Positions 8,053 to 19,114 of a DNA stretch of 22,363 nucleotides are shown here, piece by piece (position 1 is the first letter of the stretch; every line of letters starts with the position of its first letter). A program made the position numbers and the translations under genes. The notes under the pieces are model-generated. The model was not told the origin of the DNA and did no database searches. It saw only the letters and a list, made by a program, of their open reading frames with translations. The stretch lies in contig NIVC01001370.1 of NCBI GenBank assembly GCA_002269645.1, positions 281,241 through 303,603 of the forward strand, read 5' to 3'. This stretch comes from Macrostomum lignano. Taxonomy: Eukaryota.

Positions 8053-11000
8053 GTTAGTTATACGCATGTGTTACTATTTATTAACCGAAAATTTAAAGCA
8101 GGGGTCAGCAAACTCCTGCCACATACGGCCCGCAAAGCCTCTCTATCCGGCTCTTTGAATCTTCCCAAAAGCAATCCGGCCCGCTCAAGGCTTGTGTCTC
8201 TTCTTAGCTCTCTTGTCTCTACTCTCTTCTCTTCTTTATTCCTTCACCTTATCTCCATTCTCCTATCTTTCTTCTCTTTTCCTTCATCTCTCCCCCTCCT
8301 CTGGCCCACAATCTGCGCTGGGTTCTCTATTTGGCCCTTGAGGTAAAAAAGTTTGCCGATCCCTGACCTAGAGAATGAGTGCGGGCCCGAGGGGAGAGAG
8401 GAGAATGAATAGAGAAGAGAGAAGGGAGAGAGACGCGAGAGAATAAATAAGGAAGAGAGGAGATGAGAGGAGAGAAGAGGAGAAGAGAAGAAATTAGAGA
8501 TTAGAAAGAAGAGCGAAGAGTGAAAATTTCAAAGGTCCCATAGGCCGATTTAAAGAGGCTTCGCGGGCCGCATGTGGCCCTCGGGCAGGAGCTCGCCGAC
8601 CCCTGATTTAAAGCAATCCTGTGTCTCAAATTCAAAATGCGGCATAACTTTCAGGTATTCGACTGCTTCTTCGGAGACGGTGATGTCTATTACGAGCACG
8701 AAGGATCACCGTTCAGCGTCCGTGACTCTGTGCGCCTACAAGTGCAGTATTTCTTTGGAAAGAACAACACAATAGTATTGCCACTGAGGCTGGAGGTTCA
8801 AGTAAATCTCTCTAAAAGTGCATCTGAAGGTCGTAGACTCTTGCTGGCTGGGCCTGAGCCCCTCGCCGTTCACGGCTCCAGAGGCCGCACACAGCCGATC
8901 AGTTCTAATGCGATCAGATTTGCCTACGATCCCCAGACTGAGAGGTGTACAATTGAGCATCGACGGGAATGGCGCACCTTCAGGCATTGGCCACTGGCTG
9001 GTCGGCTGCTGAATGATCGCGAACAAGTGATGCAGGAGTTCCGGCTTGACTGTCACCTGTTCCTACTGTCGGCGTACAAATATGAAAGGATCGGCACCAA
9101 AGTAGGACTTGAGTTCGACTATCTGCCGGTATCTGTGAAAGTGCTGCGGTTCGGTGCCAGCGCATCGGAGACGCTGTATGAAAACATCTATCTGAGCATC
9201 CGTTTGACACCAACCACGGATGCGGCTTCGCTGCCTTTACCGACTTTGCGCTCCTCACACCGGTATTTTGATATTTCGTACTCAGGCGGTCTGCCAGCCA
9301 CTCTGCCGAAAAATTTAGTTTCAGCTAACGTCACTAATCTAGTTGTGCAGCTACTGGAGTTCACAGTCGTTGCATCTACAGGTCTTAACGTTACCCTCGT
9401 CGATATCAGAGAGCCTGGATCCATCCCTCTGGATGGCTTCGAGCTGGCAGACCTCCGCTCTGGCCATATCGCTCTTCAAGTACTTGGCGTCACTTCAGCT
9501 GACAGGATTCAATTTCATCTTCGACTCAGACCTATTGACACCCTGTTGCGAGTGGGTCCTGAAGTAACACTGCAGCTGGTCAGCAGAGTGCAGCACAGGC
9601 GCCTGCAGCTGTTCACGAGCCCCATGCGAGTCTGTACAGGCGGAACTGCTTTGCTCCGACCGCACAATCTGCAAAGCGCCAGCTGGTCCGAAACTGTACG
9701 TTTTCGTGTTAAACGCGATCCCTACAGCGGTCGTCTTACAATAAACGGCGCGCCACTGCGTTCTTTTAACTCTAGAAGGCTGGCTCGCTTCTGGAAGTTT
9801 CGCATCGCCTATATACACAACGGCAACTTGCCAAGACACGATAGCATCGGATTGCGCGCCGTCTTTCGAGGCATCCGTGTCTCCTTTCAGTTTCCAATCC
9901 GTGTTGTTCGAAACTGGGACGCTGCGTCTTCACTAAAATCTCGAATAAGATACCGGTTGACGCCATCTGGAACGCTTTGCATTGGAGAGGAAGCAATTAA
10001 TGAGAGTGTCCTAAAATATCTATTGGCAGATGGGGTGCAGCTGCAGTACAGAGTTACACAACAGCCAGTCGCAGGTAGTCTTATCATGTCTGAGCTAACA
10101 ACCAAGACAACACCATCGGGAAGAGTTGGTTCTGTCGAGCAGTTCACACTTGCAGATTTGTTCACCAGAACAATTTGCTACGTTAATAATGGAGATTCAA
10201 TAACTGAAATGGATTCATTGAAAATCCGCCAGATCGGTCAATCCGATTTAACTGAATTAGTGATACAAATCGTTATTCAGCCCAAGGCCACCTTGGAAAA
10301 TAAGTCTATTCGTCATCGTGTGATTCTTTCCCTGCCAGAAACGCAACGAGAGGGTCTTCGAATCAATAGAAGCATTCTCAACTATGAGACAGTCGGCTTG
10401 TCGCCAAGTCAAATCGGATACGAGGTGCTGCTCCAGCCGCATTTCACTACTATCGGAGCTAACCTTAGCCTAGATGCCGGACGTCTGATTGATGCTCGAC
10501 GATTGTCTTCGTCCTCGACAAAGATTCAGGAGATCGCAACACTGACTTGGTTCAGCCAGGAAGACATTAACAATGGCTATGTGAGGTATGTACCACCGTT
10601 AGAAGACGTTGATTCTTCGGGCAGGCCTGTTGAAATGTTGCTACAGCCGCTCGACTTCAATCGGAATCGCGCACTGCCGCACAAGCTGTCGTTTTTTGTT
10701 CGAGCGGTCGATGATATGAAGCCGAGACTTCGAATCTGTAGCAACAGCAGCGCCTTTGGCGCGGTTGCCTCCGTAACACGAAACAGTCATACTTCATTAG
10801 ATGGGCATCAGTTGATTGCGACGGACAGTGATACTGGGCCGGAGCGACTCGAACTGATACTGGTCAGAGGCCCTCGCTATGGCCAACTAGTTCAAGAGGG
10901 GACGGTGTTGAAAGTCGGACAACGCTTCAATGTTGGCCGTGTTCGACAACGCAGCATCCAGTAAGTACTGTGCATGGTTGAAAACAAATTTAATGGTAGT

Positions 11001-14000
11001 TTGATCATTTTTTATAAAAGACCAAGACATGGAATTGAGTCATTGCTTAATTCGAAACAAACGCACCATGCTAGTTCAAGCGAGACCGTTATGCCGAAAC
11101 AACAGCATAGAATTAAAAACTCATCGTCTCCTAGTTTCCCAGCAATTCTGCAAGCCTTTGCGTGCGCTTTCCTTTCACTGCTTACCAAGTAGCTGAATTT
11201 CATTGGCTTGAATATTTCTTTCGCTATGCTCCAGTTGTCTCTCGGATTGCCCGCCCCAAAAATGAAGTATTCGAGGTAAGACGAGTGGCAGAAGAGATCA
11301 CCTGCTGTCATGAGCCAAGTACGTCTCCTCAAGCCTCATGAGGCTTGTAGACAGTGGGAAAGAAAATATGAAAGCGGTCGCTATAGACCACTTGAGTAGG
11401 GACCACTTGAGCCAGGCACACTCAATGGTGCGCAAACACACTCAGAATTACTCAAGCTCAATCTGGTATGGCTCAAATAATATCGTGGGAGGGGCGTGGA
11501 CTGCTGGCAGACTTAAGTGTAAGCGAAGCTGACCCTGTTTGCCCAGTTGGGTCAGCTACTGTCGAGCAAGTAAATTATGAGGAAGGCAAAAAAACGATTC
11601 ACAGCAGAAATAGCATGTGCGCCTTGCTAAGGAGCAAACCTAAGAATTTGATGCCAAGCAGCGATAAAAATACTCAAACCTTTATTGAGTGGTTGCGTAA
11701 CGATGTGACGCTAAATTAGGATCCACTGCACCAAGTGCTTGGCTCTTCTGTTTTCTTTCCGACCATAAAAATCCAGAAATAATTAGCTGTCTGCTTCTTG
11801 TCCGTCAGATGCCGGTCTCAATAATAAAATCTAAGCAAAACACTTAAGCAGCACTCAACTTGCCATTGCTTCAATCTCAGGTATCGACATAACGGTTCAA
11901 CTGTGAGTCAAGATTCCTTCTCCGTGCAAGCAACTGATGGCAAAAATTTCGGTCCAAACTGTACTATTAGCATCAACGTCAGCGAGCCACTGGAGCCAAT
12001 GCCAGTACAAAATGCCCCATCTCAGCATCAACGAGAACAGGAGCAGCCGCAACTGGAGGAGACCAGCGAAACTGTGGCCGGGTTCGTCAACAACACGGTG
12101 CTCGTACCGGAAGGTGGTCAAGTTCGCTTGTCGCCTGAAATGCTGCCAAGGGCTATACAAGGTCGCGTCAGCGTCGGATCAACAGCTTACCTGGTTGGGA
12201 CACATCCAACCCGCGGTGAAATTGCCCTGGCTGGGGGCACCATTTCGACTAGCAGCGTCAGTCAGTTTAGTCACGAAGATCTCAGCTCTGGCCGGGTTAT
12301 CTACCAACACACAGGCGGGGAAATCGGTCCCGATTCGGTGACGGACACTTGTCAACTGTACATATATAACAACGGCGAATGGCTAACGCACAGCTTGAAC
12401 ATATCGATTCTGCCTGTGGACAACAAGGGACCCATGGTGTCCGAGGGCATTCACCTGCTGGTACCGGAGGGCGGCCGCTCGGTACTTACTGGCAACCTGA
12501 TCCGAGCGACTGATCCAGACACGCCGGCGGAAGATCTGCAGCTATCTGTGTCGCAGCCACCCCGATACGGGGAAATCCGATTGAAGCAGCCGTAAGATTA
12601 ACTTTATCTCGTATTCCTTTCTTTCATATTGATCAATGGTTCTTAATTTGCGCTCTAAAATAATTTACAGCCATAGCGGGAGCGAGACTACGGTGCTCGA
12701 GTTCACCAAACGGCAGCTAACAGACGGCCACGTTTTCTTCGTTCATACGCAGCATTGCGGCGTTGAGCACACCAATGACACATTTGGAATTCGCGCATCT
12801 GATGGTCGCCGAGACTCTACTTCTGTGCCCGTCAGGGTTGTTATCTACCCCGTGACAGATGAGCCACCGTGTCTTTTCCTGTCTGATTTCTCAATTCAAA
12901 AAGGTGAAACACGCATCCTCGACACTTTGATTCTGTCTGTGAGCGACGCCGACAAACCCGAAGAAGATATTAAACTGAAGATCGTCGACCTGCCGGAAAT
13001 TGGCACGCTGTACCGTCATTGGCTGAGCACAGAAACCGCTGAGCAGGTGACTTTGAATGCAAATCGTGACTTCACCATGAGCGAACTTGCAGGAAACATG
13101 AGCCTGGTTTATAAGCAGGATCAGGACGTGACCTCACTTTCTGATAGCTTTGTTATCGAGGCCAGGGACCCAGTGTATCGTGTAGTCCGAAAATGCCGCA
13201 TCTCCATCATTACAACCAACGATTTACCGCCTAGGCTAGTAGAGCCAACAGACAGACTGCAACTAAGACCAGGAGAGACAGTGCCCGTAACCGAGCGCCA
13301 CTTGCTAATTAGAGATCGAGATACGCCAAAGGATAACTTGACACTATCGCTTGTACAGCTTCCTAGCAGAGCTCAACTGCTTGTGGCTTCGACATTGCTG
13401 AGTTGGTCGCGGCACACCCGCTTGAATTTGACACCGCTTAGGCTCGGCGAGAAAATCACGCAACGGGATGTGCAACTCAACCGACTGTTTGTCCATGTGC
13501 CACCTCTCACTGGCAACTTAGAGGAAGGTAACTCAGGAGTTTCTGTTGAGCAAGCTCAGTTCGTCCCAGAAGATGGAAAATTCTCGGCTTCGTTGGCTCG
13601 CTTGGAAATTCAAGTTCTGCCTAGTTCTTCAAGTCCACATTCTCCGCTTCAGTTGATAACGAACCCGACTGAATTAGAGGTTGGATCGACTGTTAGCATA
13701 GCGGAGACTGATGTCAAGGTTCGCGTATTTGGTACGCAGCCTCCTTCAGCCAGTCTTCAGGCGATTCGTCCGAATGGCAGTTGCTGGAAGCTCTGTAAGA
13801 AAGGCGAACAAAATTCGTCGGCTGTGGCGACGGAGTTGCTAGCATCAGACATAGCGACTGGGCTTATAGTGTTTAATGCTAGTTGCTGTAGCGAACCGGT
13901 TGACATTTTGATACAACTCAATGCTGCTTGGGACAACCAAGTAGCTTCCAGCAGCTGGTTCGTTCGACTTCTACCCCTGTCTCCATCTGTGCCACCTCCT

Positions 14001-17000
14001 CGGCTTCTGAAATCGGTTCCATTGTCTCTCGCGGCTCATTCGGCGGCCAACATAGGACCAGAAAATTTATTGATGACGACCGGGCGCAGTGCTGTTACCA
14101 CCCGTCCAGAACCGCACTACCGTTTGATTTCTTTGCCCAAGCATGGCATATTGGTGCGCTCCAGATCCGTCGGCCTCGACCTGACGACACCTTCAGCCAA
14201 ACCGATTTGAATTCCAGCATGGTGGAATATCGAAGCACCAATGTTTCACCAAGCGGTCGAGATAGTTTCCTATTTGTAATCGACGACCCGGCAGTAATGC
14301 GACAGGCGACCGATCGAACCCATACGTTTAGCATCGTTGTTAGATCGCCTTCCAACAGTGGTGACGACAGTAATGTGACAATTCTGCGCGCGGCATGTCC
14401 CAGCGAGTTGGCAGGATTCAGCGCCAGCGGAGCCGGCTTCCGGTTTGACAACCGGTCAATCCTGGCTGTGCCACAAACGGCGGTGTTCCGCGTCGCCGCC
14501 CAGCCAGCCCTCGGGCATCTTTGGCTGGGAGATTCGCCTGGTGCTGTTGGGTTCGCACAGACTGACATTAACTCCGGTCGTCTGACATACCGTTTCAATA
14601 ATCCCCGTCGCAGTTCAGATGAGATCGAAGACGCATTCGAAATTGTTGCTAGCAACGGTCGAGATGGCCGACAAGTGTCAGACAGAAAGCGAGTCCACCT
14701 GACCTGGTCAGTAGTGGGGTTCGAACAGCGTCGATATCGGATCCGCTGTCTCAGCTCGGGCACCCTCAAGCTAGACGTCTTTCGCAAAGGAGCCCTGAAT
14801 CGGCCTGCTTTCGTACGCTTTGAAACGTCACCTGGCAGCCCAGACGACCGAGCCCACTTCTCCTTAATCTCCGGCAGCATACTCAACTTCAATCCGGGTT
14901 AGTTTCTGCATGATGTAAAGATGCTGGAAAGTGAAACGAAAGTACTCAAAAAACAAATATTTAGAATTAATTTTAGTTGGAACTAGCTCGTAATTATACG
15001 AATTATACGCAAACGATTTTATTAATGTATCAAAATTACGAGACTTTTAGAATTTTCTGCTGTTTCCCAACGAAAGACCTAATATGTATGCATGATCCTG
15101 CGCAACAAAGTGAAGAGAGGACAGACTTACAATTCACACTCGGAATCAGATTCGCTTTAAATGAGTCGTGACCGGGACCGAAAAACTGTCCTTAAGAGAA
15201 GCAACTCTCTAGGCATGACGTAGGTCTGCGCAAGAGAAGTCTAACAAACACACACATCTCCATTTTTCATTCGGAACGCATAGGCGAGAGAGCAGCTCAG
15301 ATCAAAATCCATATTGCCCAACGACGCAACGACACCAAGCGCGCCAAGCTGCGCATCAGCCTTCGTGTCGCCGGGCAACTGTCTAGTCGGCAGAAACTCC
15401 AGCACCGTTGTGGTTCTGCTGAATCCCAACAGCCGAAGGCGCAAAAGAATGGATGACGGCTGCGGCATCTCTAGCGATCGTTTTGAGCCGTCAAGATCAA
15501 ATGATATGGCGCTGTTCAGACACTACCTGCAGTACTTTGCCAGGAACAGACAGGTGGGCGTTGACTTACCAAAAATGATTCCCAAAAATGTGTTCTTTTA
15601 AACCTTAACATAAACCACAGAGAGTTAATTATTTTAACAGCTCAGCGATCAGCCACAGGAGCCGCTCGGTCAGCCGCGGCCGCCCAAACCAGTCAAGCCG
15701 CTTCCAGTTAAACGACCAGTGGTGCCGACGGTGGCTGCGAACGGTGGCTCACTGGAAAGGTCGGAAGTTCTCGTGCCATCGGGTGAAGAGCTGAAACGGT
15801 TACACGAAGAGGAACTTCGAGGCAACCACAAAGATAGCAGAGGGGTAAGTCTATTTTAGTCTTCATGTAAACTTGGATGACTTACTAAAGCACCATCGTA
15901 TTGGTAAACCTTGCACATGCAGTTTCCACGCTGCACAATCTACCTGAGCGCGAGCAGCGATCGGATCCCGGCAGTGGGAGAAAGTACATCTGCAACGGAG
16001 CTCTATGGGTCACGCTTGAGAGTGTGCTAGCGAGTCAGACTGGCGGCAGTCCGGAGGTCCAGCAGCGGTATAGAGACAAGCCGATCTCTTGTCCGGCTGG
16101 TAAGGCTCTCTCCACCAATCAACCTTTCTTAATTAAACTTCTTCCGAACTTCGCTTCATAGCTTGGCATGTCCGCGTCTGGCGATAGCTTGATGTGCGAT
16201 AAGTAAACAAAAATTTGTGTAGAAAGTAACTATGCTTGAATTGGCATTTCATCTCGTAAAATAAACAGCATCGACATGAATGGGGAGCTTGCCTTGCAGT
16301 GTGGAACTGCATTGGCACGAGGCGCGCTATATCAGGGGGGGGGGGGGGGGGGCAAGTGCGACTAACTAACTGAAAAAGCAAGAAGCCTGTCTTCGGCTTC
16401 ATTTTTCGGCATTCAATTCTTCAGTTTTGGTTCAAATTGCATCGTTAAAAAGCAACGACACTCAATTCATCGGCATAGCCTGCGGGAAGGGCAGAAGAGA
16501 GCGACAGACTTACAAAGCAAATAGCACGCAATTAGCCGCACGCTGAGGGTTGGCGGTGGTGGCTCCCCCTGCTTTATGCGTTTCTCACTTTTTCTTTATA
16601 GGGCTTAATTACAAAACTAATAAGGTAGAGAGTGCCAGTGTTTTGTTGGTACCTGGCCAGTTCGTTTCAATAAAATACATCGTCTGCCGATTGTAAAAAA
16701 TACTGTAAATATACTGCAAATTGTAAATACTGTAGCGCTGGGTTGCAGCTGAGAGCAGTAGAGTGTACCGGCCGCTTGTTTATTATATTGCGACTGGGAG
16801 AACCCATAAACTGGGAGGCTGGCAAGCTTATTGTTGAGGGCTCTCAATAAATAATAATTCGTTGAATGGTTGTGAGCACTTTGGCGCAACACCTTTTGCA
16901 CGTGGCATCGTCCCATCCCACTTGCCCCTGAGCAAATACAAGCGCGCCATGTACTGTACTAAGGCACGCACTGACTTTCAGGCAATGTACACTCTCTGTT

Positions 17001-18125
17001 CCCTGGAGGTTGGCCGCCCGTATGGATGTAAATCCCACGAAAGCTAACTAGGAGTCATGGCACGAGAGCCCATAAACTACCCCCCACACGACAGTTTTGA
17101 TAAGCAGAGCAAAAGCTCCTCTTTTCTTCCTCTAATCTTCCCAACAGGCTGGACGGCAATGTCAGGCGTCTCCTGCGTGAAGTATTTCCGTAACCGCCTA
17201 ACCGGAAGCGAGGCCAGGACCGAGTGCTCAAAATTTGGCGCCAGACTGGCCGAATCCGAAGCTACAAAGAGCTGCGCTGGATCAAACAGCATCTGCGCAG
17301 TCGGCGCTATTGGATTGGTGAGGCCTGTGCTTGAATGTCTGAAGTATTTAAATAGCACAGTACCAAGGACCACTGCAGTATAACGGAACGTAAAACTCAA
17401 AGATCGTGTAACTTTTGGAGGCCAATTTCCGAGTAAAAAATAAACTGCGTGGATAGGAAAAAATCGTTTAAGCAATCGTTTAAGTTAGCATACAGAGAAA
17501 TTTCGGTACGAAAACTGGGAAAACTTGCCAATGTCATTTATGATTGTTGCGAGTTTTGAATTTACGGTTTGTAATTTTTACAATCAATTTTTGGCAAAAT
17601 TCTATTGAAAACTGACAAATATAATAGTTGAAAAATATTATAATTTGGAAAGTAGCATATAAAGTAAGTGATAAACAAAATATAAGAAAACGAAGATGGT
17701 TTCAACTAACAAAATTTATCCGTAGTTCTTAAAAACTATTTTTACTTCTATTAAAAAATTCTTTGTTAACGATAGTTCGGTAACAGTAAATTCCATGAAT
17801 CGGTTTTTCAATTGATCTCAGGGCTACACCGAGCCAGCAGCGGAGCCTGGCTTCAGCCCAGTGGTCAGCCGGCGGCCTACCAGCCCTGGTGGCCGAGATC
17901 CAGAAAAGCCGGCAACTGCGCTTTTGTCTTCCGCAATCGCTGGTTCAAGCCGGCCAACTGCCATCAAACTGCCAGCAGGCGTGGTCGACGCGGTCGACGC
18001 GGCCGTCGGCATTCGGCGGACATCACTATCTGTGCCAGCTGCTCGTCCGTCTGAGAGGCACCCTGGCCGACCGAGGAGACTACTATAATTACTATATTAG
18101 AAACAGGCGGCGGGGAAAGGCTTAA
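7786..18125 (+). CDS. FREM1: FRAS1-related extracellular matrix protein 1-like gene, 9 exons, about 2200 aa if frames are restored; as assembled it stops at TGA 14208-14210 (1607 aa)
   Basis: Signal peptide, then the FREM N-terminal motif CKVEV...VGQVKPKVFDCFF...V.Y.H.G across intron 1. Many CSPG repeats follow (Y..P.HG.L, F.Q.DI..G.V.Y, D.F...DG), then a single Calx-beta, a C..Y.CNG.LW linker and an SCPAGW-initiated C-type lectin. All junctions are GT-AG. Confidence 0.85.
8099..8605. mobile_element. hAT (Charlie-like) MITE in intron 1, 507 bp, 8-bp target-site duplication
   Basis: TIRs caggggtcagc / gccgacccctg match at 10 of 11 positions. ATTTAAAG occurs on both sides (8091-8098 and 8606-8613). 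Subterminal cggcccgcaaagcctct and agaggcttcgcgggccg are inverted. Confidence 0.9.
8655..10960 (+). CDS. FREM1: FREM1-like exon 2 (N-terminal domain and CSPG repeats)
   Basis: Acceptor ctttcag|gta in phase 0, a 768-codon open frame, and donor ca|gtaagt in phase 2. Confidence 0.9.
11881..12591 (+). CDS. FREM1: FREM1-like exon 3 (CSPG repeats)
   Basis: Acceptor tcaatctcag|g restores SIQYRHNGSTVSQDSF; donor cc|gtaaga, phase 2. Confidence 0.9.
12671..14897 (+). CDS. FREM1: FREM1-like exon 4 (CSPG repeats, start of Calx-beta), with a -1 frame switch at about 14154-14185
   Basis: Acceptor taatttacag|c and donor g|gttagt. YRLISLPKHGIL is in one frame and DTFSQTDLNSSMVEY in the next. The length (2227) is one base short of what the flanking phases require. 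Confidence 0.85.
15284..15553 (+). CDS. FREM1: FREM1-like exon 5 (rest of Calx-beta), with a +1 frame switch at about 15361-15367
   Basis: Acceptor gcatag|gc gives GERAAQIKIHIAQRRNDTKRAKLRISL, then VSPGNCLVGRNSSTVVVLL in the next frame. Donor cag|gtgggc. Confidence 0.7.
15641..15844 (+). CDS. FREM1: FREM1-like exon 6 (Pro-rich linker)
   Basis: Acceptor ttttaacag|ctc and donor ggg|gtaagt. 204 nt; only this frame is open (LSDQPQEPLGQPRPPKPVKPLP...KDSRG). Confidence 0.7.
15923..16099 (+). CDS. FREM1: FREM1-like exon 7 (Cys linker to SCPAG), with a -1 frame switch at about 15943-15960
   Basis: Acceptor catgcag|ttt gives FPRCTIYL, then SDPGSGRKYICNGALW...KPISCPAG in the next frame. Donor g|gtaagg. 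Confidence 0.75.
17148..17317 (+). CDS. FREM1: FREM1-like exon 8 (C-type lectin, first half), with a -1 frame switch at about 17252-17256
   Basis: Acceptor ccaacag|gc gives GWTAMSGVSCVKYFRNRLTGSEARTECSKFGARLAE, then IRSYKELRWIKQHLRSRRYWIG in the next frame. Donor g|gtgagg. Confidence 0.8.
17822..18125 (+). CDS. FREM1: FREM1-like terminal exon 9 (C-type lectin, second half); stop either TGA 18052-18054 or, after a further -1 switch, TAA 18123-18125
   Basis: Acceptor gatctcag|gg gives LHRASSGAWLQPSGQPAAYQPW...GNCAFVFRNRWFKPANC. HHYLCQL, which resembles the usual terminal YxC of the lectin fold, lies in another frame. Confidence 0.7.
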
Positions 18126-19114
18126 TGCAGAGCTAAGCTATTCTTTTTGTATAGTACCGATCATGAGATTGGAAGATCTCAAATATTCGTACGCTACTCA
18201 TCCTACTCACAGTAAGCCATCGCATCTGCCTACACGTAGAGTAGCTAATAGTTCTAGATTACTGAACTGCTGAAAAACCATCTCAATGCACACAGGTGTG
18301 CATCCTTTTGCTCACAGTGTCAACTTTTTGTAGTAAATATCGCAAAACTCTATCATTATAAATGTACCTGTACATTTAGACATGTAAAAGTACACAAGCC
18401 ACGCTACCTCGAAACGTCATTAAGGAGTTATAGTACTTTTTTGCACTGCATAAATGTTTCCGCGTCAATGCCTTGCGTTCTTACTCCAGATTTGTAAAAT
18501 GCTTAACTGTTTTACCAATGAACCTATCTAGGTGATTACTGATTACCCAAACCTTGAACTGTCTAGGTAAGTACCCAAACCTCTAAACACAAGAACCACT
18601 AGAAGTTACCGTTGTGTTTCTAGTGGTCCTTGCTTAAACCAGTATACTGTAGATATTCAACAGCACAATACTTGACGCAAGACAACAGAGACTTAGAGAA
18701 TAATACATTACAAGTAGCCTCGTAAACGTAGCAAGCCTTGTCCATGTCGGAGCGACACGTAAAATCTCCCCTATACACAGAATGCAAAATTTTATCACTA
18801 AAACGCTCAATCCGCTTGTGCAGAGTTTAGTATCGGGCTTGCCTTTTCTATTGCAACATGGCCATGAAAAATTTACAACTTTATTCAAGGCTTTATTATT
18901 CTCAAAATTTAAACTCCACCAGCATAGATGATGCCTCTTGACTAGGCAAGAAGATAAAAAAAGTTTATGACATCGGGGTGCTGTTGTTGTATGGCAGGCT
19001 CAGAAACTGCTACCGCAATTGACAATAAACAATATCGAAAAAATATTCGACGAAAAATAAGAATTATTATCATAAGCAAGCAATATTTTTCGCTGTTTTG
19101 CCATGTTTTGCGAC

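Noticed and set aside
8053-8346. 3' extension of the 186-aa ORF at 7786
   Set aside because: Read-through into intron 1 and the MITE; the conserved motif continues at 8655.
11393-11406. 14-mer tgagtagggaccac shared with 19891-19904
   Set aside because: About one such match is expected by chance in 22 kb, and the similarity does not extend.
14095-14892. 265-aa antisense ORF, and other antisense or alternate-frame ORFs inside FREM1-like exons
   Set aside because: Shadow ORFs of GC-rich coding DNA with no recognisable domain.
14150-18030. Programmed ribosomal frameshifting as the default explanation for the FREM1-like frame switches
   Set aside because: No shared slippery heptamer or stop-adjacent motif at the sites, and the directions are mixed; it is kept only as a remote alternative.
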